From: Dehalococcoidia bacterium
Lineage (GTDB): Bacteria > Chloroflexota > Dehalococcoidia > Plut-88900
Assembly (NCBI GenBank): GCA_965249275.1
Contig: CBDFLQ010000005.1
Location: 224,001 to 288,000 of the forward strand
Direction: 5' to 3'
Length of the DNA: 64,000 bases
A model generated the notes under the pieces. It was not told the DNA's origin. It saw only the letters and a program-made list of their open reading frames with translations, and did no database searches. Numbering within the stretch: position 1 is the first letter of the stretch; every line of letters begins with the position of its first letter. The position numbers and the translations under genes were made by a program. Shown piece after piece: positions 53,003-63,896 of this stretch.

Positions 53003-54154
53003 ATGAAAAACGGCGTGAAGGTATTTGATGCGGACATGCACATCATGGAGGACCTGAAGTTCGTGGAGTATATGGACCCGGAGTACCGGGACCGGGGCCC
53101 GAAAGCTGCCCCTGTCGACGAAAGCTTCCCGGACTTCACGGGGTCTACTCTAGAAGGGAAAGCGTTGTCGGGGCCCGCGCACATCTATCCCACCCCCGAG
53201 ATGAGACCGGGAGCAGCCTTGTCCAGACGCTCCTTTGCCGAAGGCATGGCCAAATATGTCGAGGGCCGGGCCGACGGGTTTGGGCCCAAGTCACAGATGC
53301 TGGCCCTGGATACCGAGGGGATAGACATCGCGGCACTCTATCCTTCTTCCACGATATTGAGCTTTCCCACACCCAAAACCGACGGCCTCGATCCGAAGCT
53401 GTCGGCGGCGATATGCCGGGGTTACAACGACTGGCTGACGGACTTCTGCTCGATAGACAGCGCGAGGTTGAAGGGTGTCGCGGCTACGCCTATTCATGAC
53501 GTGGAGGAGTCGGTGATCGAGATCAATCGGGCGGTGAAAGAAAACTCGATGGTCGCGGCATACATACGGCCCAACGTGATAAACGGCCGCAACCTTCACG
53601 ATGCCTACTACGATCCTCTCTATTCGACGCTGGAAGAGCTGAATATCCCGCTGGTGGTACACGAAGGAACGGCGGGCGGGCCGCCGGGCGCCGACCAGCG
53701 GTTCCTGGGCAACTGGGTGATGATGCACATGGCCGCTCATCCGCTGGAGCAGATGCTTGGCAGCGAGAGCATAGTGGTGGGAGGGGTGCTGGAGAGGCAC
53801 CCGAAGCTTAGAGTTGCGTTTCTGGAGTGCGGGTGCAGCTGGCTGGTCTACTGGCTGTGGAGACTGGACGAGGAGCTGGAAGCGTGGGGCTGGCACGAGG
53901 TGCCGTGGTTGAAGAAGAAGCCCAGCGAATATTTCATGGAGCAGTGCTGGGTGTCGATGGAAGGGGACGAGCCGGGGGCAAAGTACTACGTGGAGATGCG
54001 TGGGAATGACAGGCTGCTATGGGCGTCGGACTATCCTCACCCGGATGCCGGTTACCCGAATGCGACAGAGGAGTTCCTGGGTTTGGACGCGATATCCGAG
54101 GAGACAAAGAGGAAGGTGCTGTGGGACAACCCGATGGCGTTTTACGGGTTTTAG
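53003..54154 (+). CDS. amidohydrolase family 2 protein
   Basis: DADMH, GGVLERHPKL..LECG, WASDYPH. Confidence 0.9.
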   Translation: MKNGVKVFDADMHIMEDLKFVEYMDPEYRDRGPKAAPVDESFPDFTGSTLEGKALSGPAHIYPTPEMRPGAALSRRSFAEGMAKYVEGRADGFGPKSQMLALDTEGIDIAALYPSSTILSFPTPKTDGLDPKLSAAICRGYNDWLTDFCSIDSARLKGVAATPIHDVEESVIEINRAVKENSMVAAYIRPNVINGRNLHDAYYDPLYSTLEELNIPLVVHEGTAGGPPGADQRFLGNWVMMHMAAHPLEQMLGSESIVVGGVLERHPKLRVAFLECGCSWLVYWLWRLDEELEAWGWHEVPWLKKKPSEYFMEQCWVSMEGDEPGAKYYVEMRGNDRLLWASDYPHPDAGYPNATEEFLGLDAISEETKRKVLWDNPMAFYGF

Positions 54155-54232
54155 GGGGGAGCTTCAGGAACCTAGAAGTTAAAACGCGGAATTGATGATC
54201 ATGCCCTTACAAACGTCTACAGGACACCGAAA

Positions 54233-56155
54233 ATGAAAATAAGCACGATATTAAACCAGATAGATGCCGGAGCCATCGCACTACCGGTATTTCAGAGAGG
54301 TTACGTCTGGAATCGAGACCAAGTGAGAGGGTTGATGACATCCCTTTATAAGCGGCATCCTGTCGGCAGCCTGCTTACGTGGATCACTCGAACTGAAAAT
54401 GCAGATGCAAGGGGGGAGGGCCCTTTGCAGGCGGGATACGTAAAGCTGATTTTAGATGGACAGCAGCGTATAACCTCCCTATACGGAATTGACCGAGGAC
54501 ACGCGCCCCCCTTCTTTGAGGGAAACCCCGCGACGTTTACCGGTTTGTATTTCAACTTCATTAAGGAGGAATTCCAGTTCTACGCACCCATCCGGATGAG
54601 TCAGGAGGTCGGTTGGGTCAGCGTGACAGAGTTAATGCAAAAGAGCATAGACCCCTTTATTGAGATAATTCAGGCCGATCCGAGCCTTGCAGGCCAATTA
54701 GGAACATACATTGGAAGACTGAACAAGATTTTCACTATTGGCGACATTGAACTACACGCTGAAGACGTTACGGGCGAGGATAAATCCGTGGACGACGTAG
54801 TGGAGATATTCAATCGAGTCAACAGCGGTGGCACAAAACTGACCAAAGGTGACCTCGCACTGGCAAAGATATGCGCAGCCTGGCCAGATGCCCGCAAAGA
54901 AATGAACGCCCGACTGGACAAATGGGGGAAAGCCGGATTCTATTTCAGTCTCGATTGGCTTCTTCGTTGTGTAAATAGCCTAGTCACAGGGGAGGCTCTC
55001 TTTGCAGCTCTCGACAAAGTCAGCGCCGTAGCCATTCAAGAAGGGTTGAAGAGGAGTGAAAAACATATCGACTATTTGCTCAACTTGATTGCATCAAGGC
55101 TCGGTCTTGACCACAGCCGCGTCCTCAAGAGCGTTTTTGCTTTCCCGTTGATGATTAAATATCTGGACAAAAGGGGTGGAACCTTAGCCAATCACAAGGA
55201 GCGAGACCGGTTGTTGTACTGGTACATTCACACTCTGCTGTGGGGTCGCTATTCCACTTCCACCGAAACAGTATTGAATCAAGACCTGGAAGCCATTGAG
55301 AATATAGAAGGAGGTCTCGATAGACTTGTGGCGGGGCTTCGCCGGGATAGGGGCGACCTCACAGTTACACCTGTTGATTTCGATCAATGGAGCATGGGAT
55401 CCCGCTTTTACCCGCTGCTTTACATGCTAACGCGGGTTAGTCATGCGAGGGATTGGGATACCGGAATCGAGTTATCCAGCAATCTACTGGGCATACACAG
55501 CAATCTCGAGTTGCACCATATTTTCCCTAAGGCAAGGCTGTATGAAGCGGGGTACGCCAAAGCCGAGGTGAACGCTTTAGCGAACTTCACTTTCTTGACC
55601 AAGGAAACCAACCTTAAGGTATGGGCCAGGTATCCTTCCGAATACATACCGGCCTTCCTCGAACAGTATCCCGGCGCAATTGAGTCTCACTGGATACCAA
55701 TGGACCCGGAGCTTTGGGAAATCGAAAACTACCCCAAGTTCCTGGAAGCAAGGCGAGCATTGCTGGCGAATGCTACTAACGACCTCCTTCGCGGTCTATA
55801 TGAAGGATCAGCGCCGGAAGGCGTTGTCGTTCCGATGGGAGGAATTGCGGGTAAGGAAGAAGAGCAAGTGCTCCTCGACATCAATATATGGATCAGTGAA
55901 CTAGGCCTTCCCGAAGGTGAATTCGGCTACGAAGTTACAGACATGGCAACCGGCGAACTGCTGGCGACTCTAGATCTGGCATGGCCGAACGGTATGCAGG
56001 AAGGATACAGTCAACCGGTAGCCTTGCTGATCGACGAGCCTGAAGAAGTGTGGCACCGCGCTAGCCACGCCGGATTTCGCGCATTCACGGATGTGGAATC
56101 CATTAAAGCCTACGTGGACGATGAAATCTTGAGAGTGAAAGAGTCAGCGGCGTAA
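54233..56155 (+). CDS. GmrSD-like modification-dependent restriction protein (DUF262 + HNH-like)
   Basis: PVFQRGYVW, LDGQQR, FNRVNSGG, LHHIFP..ANF; lower GC. Confidence 0.85.
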   Translation: MKISTILNQIDAGAIALPVFQRGYVWNRDQVRGLMTSLYKRHPVGSLLTWITRTENADARGEGPLQAGYVKLILDGQQRITSLYGIDRGHAPPFFEGNPATFTGLYFNFIKEEFQFYAPIRMSQEVGWVSVTELMQKSIDPFIEIIQADPSLAGQLGTYIGRLNKIFTIGDIELHAEDVTGEDKSVDDVVEIFNRVNSGGTKLTKGDLALAKICAAWPDARKEMNARLDKWGKAGFYFSLDWLLRCVNSLVTGEALFAALDKVSAVAIQEGLKRSEKHIDYLLNLIASRLGLDHSRVLKSVFAFPLMIKYLDKRGGTLANHKERDRLLYWYIHTLLWGRYSTSTETVLNQDLEAIENIEGGLDRLVAGLRRDRGDLTVTPVDFDQWSMGSRFYPLLYMLTRVSHARDWDTGIELSSNLLGIHSNLELHHIFPKARLYEAGYAKAEVNALANFTFLTKETNLKVWARYPSEYIPAFLEQYPGAIESHWIPMDPELWEIENYPKFLEARRALLANATNDLLRGLYEGSAPEGVVVPMGGIAGKEEEQVLLDINIWISELGLPEGEFGYEVTDMATGELLATLDLAWPNGMQEGYSQPVALLIDEPEEVWHRASHAGFRAFTDVESIKAYVDDEILRVKESAA

Positions 56156-56187
56156 GGGTCTTTGCCCCTAACTAGCCCTGTTGTCGA

Positions 56188-57495
56188 CTAAAGCTTGAGC
56201 AGGGACTCCAGCCTTTTGCGGGCGCGGGTGGGGCCTACTACTGTTAGGTTGAGTTTTTCGGTGCGGAGGAGGGTATCGGTGACGCGGCGGACGTCCTCCA
56301 GGGTGACGGCGTCGACGCGGCGGACGACTTCGTCGATCATCAGGACCTGGCCGGTGACCATCTCCTGGGCGCCAAACCAACCGGCCACGCTACGGGTGTC
56401 CTCGGTGCGGAGGAGCAGGCGGCCTTTGACCAGCTCTTTGGACTTTTCGAGCTCAGACTCGGTGATGCCCTCTTTGAGCTTCTGAAGCTCGTTCATTATG
56501 CCGGCGAGGGTCTCGTTGGTGCGGGAGGGGTCGACGCCCGCGGCTACGCAGAGAGTGCCGCAGTCCAGGTAGTGGTTGTTGTAGCTGTAAACATTGTAGG
56601 TCAACCCCCGGTTCTCCCTCAACTCAACGAAGAGCCGGCTGCTCATGCCATCTCCGAGGACGACGTTCAGAAGGTCAAGCGCGTAGCGGTCCGGGTGGTT
56701 GACGGCCAGGCCCCTGACGGCGAGGCTCAAGTGGACCTGCTCAATCTTCCGGTACTCGACGTGCAGCCTCGGGGAGTTCTGATCGTCGGGGGCTGGGGTA
56801 AAGGTGCGAGGCTCGACGGGCTGCCAACCGTTCAGGCGGGAGGCAAGGGCCTCGACAACCTCGTCATGGTCCACTGCCCCTGCGACGGAGACCACCGTGT
56901 TGTTCGGCGAGTAGTGGGCGGTGAAGTAATTTAGGAGCTGGTCACGGGTGATGGAGTTAATCGAGTCTCGGGTCCCGCCGATGTCCCTTCCCAAGGGGTG
57001 ATCGGGCCAGACGATCTGGTCGAGCAGTACCTCCCCCCACTGGTTGGGGGCGTCCTTGACCATGTTCAGTTCTTCGAGGATGACGCGTCGTTCTTTCTCG
57101 ATGTCCTCGGAGTCGAAGCGGGAGTTGCGGAGCATGTCGACGAGGAGGTCAAGGGCCTCGGGAAAGTGGGGAAGGGCAACCTTGGCCCAGTAGGTGGTTA
57201 CTTCCTGGTCGGTGCTGCCATTGAGAGAGCCACCTACGCCCTCGACGGGCTCGGATATCTGCTGAGGCAGGCGCCGCTTCTCTGTTCCCTTAAAGCAAAG
57301 GTGCTCGATGAAGTGGGAGATGCCAGCTTCGTTGTCGGCTTCGTATCGGGACCCGGTGCCAACGAGGATTATCATGCTCGCCGAGCGGGTGTGGGGCATG
57401 TTGCAGGTTATGATCCTCAGACCCGAGTCCAGGGTGGTCTTTCGGTAGGTCTGGTCGGCGACGGAGGGGGCGGTTTGAGTTTCAGCCAAGGGCAT
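56188..57495 (-). CDS. M16 family peptidase
   Basis: HFIEH inverzincin motif, GMSSRLF..LRE. Confidence 0.92.
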   Translation of the reverse strand: MPLAETQTAPSVADQTYRKTTLDSGLRIITCNMPHTRSASMIILVGTGSRYEADNEAGISHFIEHLCFKGTEKRRLPQQISEPVEGVGGSLNGSTDQEVTTYWAKVALPHFPEALDLLVDMLRNSRFDSEDIEKERRVILEELNMVKDAPNQWGEVLLDQIVWPDHPLGRDIGGTRDSINSITRDQLLNYFTAHYSPNNTVVSVAGAVDHDEVVEALASRLNGWQPVEPRTFTPAPDDQNSPRLHVEYRKIEQVHLSLAVRGLAVNHPDRYALDLLNVVLGDGMSSRLFVELRENRGLTYNVYSYNNHYLDCGTLCVAAGVDPSRTNETLAGIMNELQKLKEGITESELEKSKELVKGRLLLRTEDTRSVAGWFGAQEMVTGQVLMIDEVVRRVDAVTLEDVRRVTDTLLRTEKLNLTVVGPTRARKRLESLLKL

Positions 57496-57559
57496 CTAGG
57501 AACCTCCAGAAGTGTGCCGAGGCACGGGTCCGCGGGAATGGTGGGGGCGGATTTACCAT

Positions 57560-57715
57560 CGTGGGCCACCCCCCGCTCGACCCTTCGACGGGGCTCAGGG
57601 TGAGCGGCCCTGTCACGGGGAATGGGATCACCCTCACTCTAGCCCCCTCCCATCGAGGGAGAGGGAACAGGAGGGAGCCCCGCCCCAGATCCCTCGCAGG
57701 GCCTCGGGATGACAG
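57560..57715. repeat. REP-like mosaic cluster
   Basis: family 2 at ~57569, CCCTCAC..CTCCC..GGGAGAGGG at 57631, family 1 at 57683. Confidence 0.78.
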
Positions 57716-57734
57716 GGACGACAGGGCGCCGGGA

Positions 57735-58373
57735 TCAAGAGTCCCAGGAGACGTGGCCGTGGATGTCGTCAGGGTGGGAGCGTGACTTGAAGCCGGCGTG
57801 GAGGCGTTTGCCCTCACTGAGGATGCCTTCTTCACCGTGGCCCGGGTAGATGTTTGTGTCGTCGTCCAGGACGAGGAGTTTGCTCTCGACATTACCGAGA
57901 AGTTGCTGGAAGTTCTCGGGGCTGGTGGTGTAGCCGGGACCACCGGGGAAAAGGGTGTCGCCGCTGAAAAGGTGCTTGCCCCAGATAAGGGAAGTTGCGC
58001 CGGGGGTGTGGCCGGGGTTGTGGATGGTCCTGAATGTGATATTCCCGAAGGAGAAGGCACCCTCGTCTTCCAAGTGCTTATCAGCCTTGACGGGAAGCTC
58101 GCCTTCGTCGTCAGGGTGGACTACCAGAGGCACGCCGAGGGCGTCCTTGAGGGTCTGGGCGCCATCGATGTGGTCGAAGTGGGTGTGAGTGAATAGTACG
58201 GCCTGGACGTTGGTGTCCTTGGCCTGATCGAGGACGCGCTCGGGCTCGGCGGGGGCGTCGATGATTACGCTCTCGTTGGTCTTGGGACAGACGACGAGGT
58301 AAGCGTTGTTTTCGTAGTCGCCAGTGACGATCTTCCTGATCTCGATATCTTCGTCCTTGTGCAGTACGGCCAT
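57735..58373 (-). CDS. MBL-fold metallo-hydrolase (glyoxalase II-like)
   Basis: THTHFDH, PGHT, GDTLF, PGHG. Confidence 0.92.
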   Translation of the reverse strand: MAVLHKDEDIEIRKIVTGDYENNAYLVVCPKTNESVIIDAPAEPERVLDQAKDTNVQAVLFTHTHFDHIDGAQTLKDALGVPLVVHPDDEGELPVKADKHLEDEGAFSFGNITFRTIHNPGHTPGATSLIWGKHLFSGDTLFPGGPGYTTSPENFQQLLGNVESKLLVLDDDTNIYPGHGEEGILSEGKRLHAGFKSRSHPDDIHGHVSWDS

Positions 58374-58486
58374 GATGTCCTCCAGAGGCGGCGTGTGCGG
58401 TGGTCAAGGGGTGGTGGTTGTGGGAGAAAGCTTAGCAAATGGGGGGTGGGGGTGCAATGGGGTAGAGGGGTGGGGACAACCCCCAG

Positions 58487-58826
58487 CCCCAGATTCCTCG
58501 CGGGGCTTCGGAATGACAGAGAACGAGACGCCAGAGGGGTTGAGCGGATTTGACGTATTGGCAGTGCGGGGCCACCCCCCGCTCGACCCTTCGACTTGGC
58601 TCAGGGTGAGCGGCCCCTCACAGGGAGGGCGACCACGGGTGTTGCCTGTAGGGCGGAGAGGTGCGTTGGGAGCCAGGATTCCCGATCGGGGGCCGGAACT
58701 ACGGAAGGGTGGGGGTTAAGCGGATTTGACGTATTGGCAGTGCGGGGCCGCCCGCCGCTCGACCCTTCGATTTGGCTCAGGGTGAGCGGCCCCTCCCCAC
58801 GGGATGGATTCCCGATCGGGGCGGGG
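58487..58826. repeat. REP-like cluster with an ~80-bp direct duplication
   Basis: GCGGATTTGACGTATTGGCAGTGCGGGGCC..CTCAGGGTGAGCGGCCCC at ~58544 and ~58720. Confidence 0.8.
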
Positions 58827-58827
58827 G

Positions 58828-59796
58828 TTAGAGGAGGGGGGCGACCTTGTTGGCCATGAGGTCCATCTGGTGCATGAGGGTGTCGTGGGGTTCGACGCCG
58901 TGGCGGACGAAGTCAAAGACGAAGTGGTCGAGTCCCGCGTCCAGGTAGTTTGAAATGCGCTCGGCGCTCTGTTCCGGTGAGCCGGCAACGGTGACGCTGG
59001 TCGTGTCCACGGCGTACTCCAGGTCCATGAGGCCCGAGAAGTATTCTTCGATCTCGGAGTCCGACATTTCTCTGCCATCGGTGACTGTGGAGTAGATCCA
59101 GGCGCTGACCTTGGCCCTCCGGCCCCATTTGCCGATGGGGGCTTCGCCGAGGCGAGGAAGGTATACGTCGCTTAGCTCGTCGAAGGTGGGCCAAGGTGGA
59201 TTGATGTACTCGCAGTAGCGTGCGGCGCGTGGGATGGACACTGAGCGGCCACCCCACCAGATGGGTGGATAGGGCTTCTGGACGGGTTTCGGCTCCATGG
59301 AAACGCCGTTTAGCTTGTAGAACTGGCCGTCGTAGGTGACTTCGTCCTCGGTCCAGAGGCGGGTAATGATTTCGAGCTGCTCGTCGGCGATGGCGCCACG
59401 TTTCCGTCGGTCGGCGCCCACGGCGTGGAAGGCTTCATCGACCATGCCAAGGCACATCCCTACTATGACCCTGCCGTTGGATATGACGTCCAGACTGGCG
59501 AAATACTTGGCCCAGTCAAAGGGAGGGAGATAGGGGAGGGGAATGGAATCGACGGCAATCCTGATTTTGGAAGTGGCAGCAATGATGGCGGGAAGGAGGA
59601 CACGGGCGTCGAGGATGCTCTTGTTGCCGAAGCGGCCAAAGGGGCCAGCGTCGGGGATGGCGTTCATCAGGGGGACGTTGACGGAGTAGAAGCCGAGCTT
59701 CTCGGCGTACTGGGCGGCCTCCACAACCTCGGTCATGGTCGGGGGTTTGCGGCCCCACGGGAAGACGGCGACGCTGAAGTGGTCCATGATGGGCAT
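58828..59796 (-). CDS. LLM-class flavin-dependent oxidoreductase
   Basis: LDVISNGRV, PKPVQKPYPPIWWGG. Confidence 0.9.
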   Translation of the reverse strand: MPIMDHFSVAVFPWGRKPPTMTEVVEAAQYAEKLGFYSVNVPLMNAIPDAGPFGRFGNKSILDARVLLPAIIAATSKIRIAVDSIPLPYLPPFDWAKYFASLDVISNGRVIVGMCLGMVDEAFHAVGADRRKRGAIADEQLEIITRLWTEDEVTYDGQFYKLNGVSMEPKPVQKPYPPIWWGGRSVSIPRAARYCEYINPPWPTFDELSDVYLPRLGEAPIGKWGRRAKVSAWIYSTVTDGREMSDSEIEEYFSGLMDLEYAVDTTSVTVAGSPEQSAERISNYLDAGLDHFVFDFVRHGVEPHDTLMHQMDLMANKVAPLL

Positions 59797-59954
59797 GTGG
59801 ATTTGCCTCCGGGCTTGTTTATTAGGGGGAGTATATCAGGAGGGATGGAATGGGACGCGTGAGTGGTATGAAGAAGTTCAGGGATACTGTGAGAGTAAGT
59901 GTTATGATCTGGCGACCGAATTTTGAATTGTTCATGTATTTCGAAAGGTGAAAA

Positions 59955-60293
59955 ATGGGAAAGTACGTAGCGCTCTATTACTCATCGCCTGAGGTTATGG
60001 AGTCGATGAAGAATGCCTCTCCGGAGGACATGCAGGAAGGCATTAAGTCCTGGATGGCCTGGGGCCAAAAGTGCGGGGACGGCATCGTCGACTTTGGCTC
60101 GCCGCTAGGGGGTGGGATGAAAGTTGGGAAGTCGAGAAGCTCGCCGAGCGGCAGCGGTGTGATGATGTACTCGATTTTGCAGGCGGAGAGTATGGAAGGG
60201 GCGCTGGCCCTTGTGCAGGACCACCCGCACTTGAGTTGGCCGGGCGACGGCGAGATCGAAGTTTACGAGTGCATGAATCTCCCGCCTATGTAG
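59955..60293 (+). CDS. YciI-like small protein
   Basis: WMAW..DFGSPL..YSILQAES..HPH. Confidence 0.75.
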   Translation: MGKYVALYYSSPEVMESMKNASPEDMQEGIKSWMAWGQKCGDGIVDFGSPLGGGMKVGKSRSSPSGSGVMMYSILQAESMEGALALVQDHPHLSWPGDGEIEVYECMNLPPM

Positions 60294-60377
60294 GAGCGCG
60301 CTCCGAAGTCCTACCTCAACACATTCAGGGCCCTCTTAGTTACTCCGCGGGCTCGTGTCCCATCCCCCCTGAATAAA

Positions 60378-60414
60378 GAAACGTGGGAAACTGCTAAGCA
60401 GTTTCCCACGTTTC
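60378..60414. terminator. 17-bp perfect hairpin between convergent genes
   Basis: GAAACGTGGGAAACTGC-TAA-GCAGTTTCCCACGTTTC. Confidence 0.75.
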
Positions 60415-60448
60415 ATATATTTAAGAGCGGCAAGGCCCTTCGCACCTG

Positions 60449-62884
60449 CTAAGCCACTATATTCACCAGCCGACCCGGTACGTAGACGACTTTCCGAGGG
60501 CCGTTCTTCATGAAGGCCCTTATTCGCTCGCTGGATAGGGCTATTTTCTTCGCCTCTTCCTCGGTGATGCCCGCCGAGACGGTCACCCGGTCTCTGACCT
60601 TGCCGTTGACCTGCACAACGAGGGTGACCTCTTCCTCTGCGGCGAGGGCATCGTCCCATTGGGGGAAGGGTTGATTGTGAATGCTGTATTCGTAGTCTTT
60701 TGCGGCCCACAACTCCTCGGAGAGGTGGGGGGCGGTTGGGGCGAGCATCAGCAACAACGCCCTTATCGACTCTCTCCAAGTCTCCCCGTCCACCGACCCT
60801 TCATCCAGGGCTCGGGCGAGGTGGTTGGTGAACTCCATCAGCGAGGCTAGTGCAGTGTTGAAATGGAACCGATCCAGGTCCTGGTGCACCTTCCTGGTTG
60901 TCTTGTGCAGCATGTGAATCGTCTGCTTCGACGACTTACCCTGCCTCAATTCCGGGTCGTCACGTTCCGCCAGATCCCAGACCCGGTTGTACCAACGCAC
61001 TATCCCGTTTATCCCCTGGTCGACCCACTCTCCACCCTGGTCCCACGGCCCGATGAACATCAGGTATCCGCGAACGACGTCGGCGCCTACGGTGTCGACG
61101 TACTCATCTGGCGTGATGACGTTGCCCCGGGACTTACTCATCTTCTGCCTGTCGCTGATGATAATGCCCTGGTTGTAGAGCCTGACGAAGGGCTCGTCGA
61201 AGTCCAGCAAGCCGATATCCCGCAGGGCCTTGACGAAGAAGCGGGCGTAGAGGAGGTGCATTACCGCGTGCTCGGCGCCGCCGGTGTACTGGTCGACGGG
61301 CAGCCAGTGCTTGATCTCCTCGGGTTTGAAAGCCGAGTCCCCGGAGTTGGGGGAAGCGTACTTTAAGAAGTACCAGGAGGAGCACATGAATGTGTCCATG
61401 GTGTCGGTCTCCCGGCGAGCCGGGCCTCCACACTCGGGGCAGGTCGTATTCACAAACTCTTCGTGGAAGGTGAGAGGAGACTCTCCCGTGGGCCTGAACT
61501 CGGCGTCCTCCGGTAGCAGCACCGGAAGTTGGTCCTCGGGGATGGGGACTATGCCACAAGCATTGCAGTAGACCATGGGTATCGGGGCTCCCCAATACCG
61601 CTGGCGGGATATGAGCCAATCACGGATACGGTAAGAGACTGTGCCGCCACCGATGCCCTGCTCCTCCAAGGCTCTTGTAACCGCCTGCTTCCCATCTTCA
61701 TTCCCAAGGCCCACGAACTGTCCTGAGTTGACCATCTCGCCGGATCCCGTATAGGCCTCCACAAGGTCCTCGCCGCTCCATCCAGGCGGAGCGATTACCG
61801 TCCTTATGGGCAGGTCATATTTCTTGGCGTAGGCGAAGTCCCGGGTGTCGTGGGCGGGGACGCCCATGACGGCACCAGTGCCGTAGGTGAGGAGTGCGTA
61901 GTCGGCGATGAAGATGGGGACCTTCTCGCCGTTCAGCCGGTTGGTGCAGTAGGCTCCGATGAATACTCCCGTCTTCTCCTTGTCCGTAGCAAGCCGCTCA
62001 ATCTCGGAGCGCCGCCTCGTTTCCTCGACGTAGGCTTGCACCTCTTCCTTTTTGTCAGGAGTAGTGAGCTGGGCAACAAGCGGATGCTCTGGGGCGAGAA
62101 CCATGAAAGTCACGCCGAACACGGTGTCGGGGCGGGTGGTGAAGACCCGTATTTCTTTTTCTTCCAGCCCATACTCCTCGATGCTGAATGAGATCTCGGC
62201 ACCCTGGCTGCGGCCAATCCAGTTGGACTGCATTGTATTTATGCGGTCGGGCCACTGGATGCTGCTGAAGTCGAGGAGTTCGTCGGCGTACTTTGTGATC
62301 CTGAAGAACCACTGCTCGAGGTCTCTCCTGGTCACCGAGGCACTACAACGCTCGCAGGTACCGTCGGGGAGGACTTGCTCGTTTGCTAGGGTGGTCTGGC
62401 AGGTCGGGCACCAATTGGCCGGGGCCTTGTTCCGGTACGCGAGCCCTGCGTGGAACAGCTTGAGGAAAAGCCACTGAGTCCACTTGTAGTAATCTGGCAG
62501 GGATGTCACGACCTCACGGTCCCAGTCGTATACAGCGCCGATACGCTTGAGCTGGCGGCGCATGTTCTCGACGTTGCGCATGGTCCACAAATGGGGATGA
62601 ATGCCGTTCTTGATGGCGGCATTCTCGGCCGGGAGTCCGAAGGCGTCGAAGCCCATGGGGTGGAGAACGTTGTAGCCCTGCATGCGCTTGAAACGGGCGT
62701 GGACGTCCGCGGGGGCCATGGCGTACCAGTGGCCGATGTGCAGGTTCCCGGAGGTGTACGGGAACATGGTCAGCTCATACCACTTGGGCTTGTCGGGGTC
62801 TTCCTGGACGCGGTACAGCCGGTCCTCAATCCACCTCTGCTGCCACTTGGTCTCTATTGCAGACGGGTCGTATCTGAGGGGCAT
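60449..62884 (-). CDS. leuS: leucine--tRNA ligase
   Basis: HIGH, KMSKS, TTRPDT, DWLISRQRYWG. Confidence 0.98.
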   Translation of the reverse strand: MPLRYDPSAIETKWQQRWIEDRLYRVQEDPDKPKWYELTMFPYTSGNLHIGHWYAMAPADVHARFKRMQGYNVLHPMGFDAFGLPAENAAIKNGIHPHLWTMRNVENMRRQLKRIGAVYDWDREVVTSLPDYYKWTQWLFLKLFHAGLAYRNKAPANWCPTCQTTLANEQVLPDGTCERCSASVTRRDLEQWFFRITKYADELLDFSSIQWPDRINTMQSNWIGRSQGAEISFSIEEYGLEEKEIRVFTTRPDTVFGVTFMVLAPEHPLVAQLTTPDKKEEVQAYVEETRRRSEIERLATDKEKTGVFIGAYCTNRLNGEKVPIFIADYALLTYGTGAVMGVPAHDTRDFAYAKKYDLPIRTVIAPPGWSGEDLVEAYTGSGEMVNSGQFVGLGNEDGKQAVTRALEEQGIGGGTVSYRIRDWLISRQRYWGAPIPMVYCNACGIVPIPEDQLPVLLPEDAEFRPTGESPLTFHEEFVNTTCPECGGPARRETDTMDTFMCSSWYFLKYASPNSGDSAFKPEEIKHWLPVDQYTGGAEHAVMHLLYARFFVKALRDIGLLDFDEPFVRLYNQGIIISDRQKMSKSRGNVITPDEYVDTVGADVVRGYLMFIGPWDQGGEWVDQGINGIVRWYNRVWDLAERDDPELRQGKSSKQTIHMLHKTTRKVHQDLDRFHFNTALASLMEFTNHLARALDEGSVDGETWRESIRALLLMLAPTAPHLSEELWAAKDYEYSIHNQPFPQWDDALAAEEEVTLVVQVNGKVRDRVTVSAGITEEEAKKIALSSERIRAFMKNGPRKVVYVPGRLVNIVA

Positions 62885-62967
62885 TAAACTGTCCGTTCTC
62901 CTAAGTGCGAATCCTCCCGACAATCGCAAAAGCTACCACGGGGGGCGGGGGGGCGCAAGGATGGGCA

Positions 62968-63709
62968 CTCGGTCGGTAGGGTAGTGGCCACCGGGTTTTC
63001 TTCAGTCCTCCTGAGGCGGATCTTCGATTGTGGGGTTTGGGTTTTGGTTTCGGTTTGATTTGTTTGGGAGGGGGCAGGCGATGGAAGGTCCGGGACTAGA
63101 AACCAGGCCGGGGGTAGCTGCCGAGCCGTCGGCGCCGGGCTGGATTATCCCCACACGTTGCCGGCTGTGGTCAGGGTTGTGTGGGGCAGATCCCAAATCG
63201 TGAGCGGCACATGACCGGACCGCTGACGTGGAAGATGCCGCCTGAGGCGGTCTTTCAGAACCGGCGTCCCGGTGCATCCGCCGGGTAGACGGGTGGCAGG
63301 GACGGCGGGACAAACAAGGACACGAGGGCCTTGCTAAACCGGGGGTCGGTTGACCTACCGGGAAAACCGGCGCGCAATGGGCCGGGGTAAACGCACCCGA
63401 TGATGGGGGGCGTTGAATCGGCAGGGGCGTCCTTGGACGGGGCCTGCCGAGCAGAGTCTGTGGACATTCCATCGCCTGGAAGTAGGGGAAGGGATAGCCG
63501 GGGCCCTTGTAAAGAGGAGATGGCGGCGTTTGCTTGAGCCGCAGGCCGCGAGACGACCATTGGGATGGGCTGGGACGTTGAGTCCTCGGGTGGGTCGGGT
63601 GGGCTTCCCCCTAGGTTTTTGGTTCCTCCTTGAGATAGTTAGGGTGGTGTTCGAACGGTGGGGATAGTAGCACGGGTGTTCAGGTAGAGTCAAGGGGTTC
63701 GTGTCACAC
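62968..63709 (-). ncRNA. dispersed cassette copy D
   Basis: TTGACT(63688-93)-GAACACCCGTGC-TACTAT(63664-69); leader; stem 63075-63097/63455-63478. Confidence 0.6.
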
Positions 63710-63737
63710 TTGGGGGGACACCGCCCCAGCCCCACAG

Positions 63738-63896
63738 GGGAACCCTCACCCCCTTGATCCCCCTCTCCCTTAGGGCCATTAAGGGAGAGGGGGAAATAAG
63801 AATAGAGGTCCACGTGCGTGCCCTGCACGCACGTGGACCTCTAATTCAGTACTTGGGGGAGGGGGATGGATTCCCGATCGGGGTCGGGAATGACGG
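63738..63896. repeat. two-hairpin module plus REP (GGATTCCCGATCGGGGTCGGGAATGAC)
   Basis: matches 51644-51772; reverse-complement REP relative at 18571-18598. Confidence 0.78.

Noticed and set aside
62885-63709. T-box leader for leuS
   Set aside because: No GGTGGNACCGCG T-box or terminator on the minus strand; the region is cassette D
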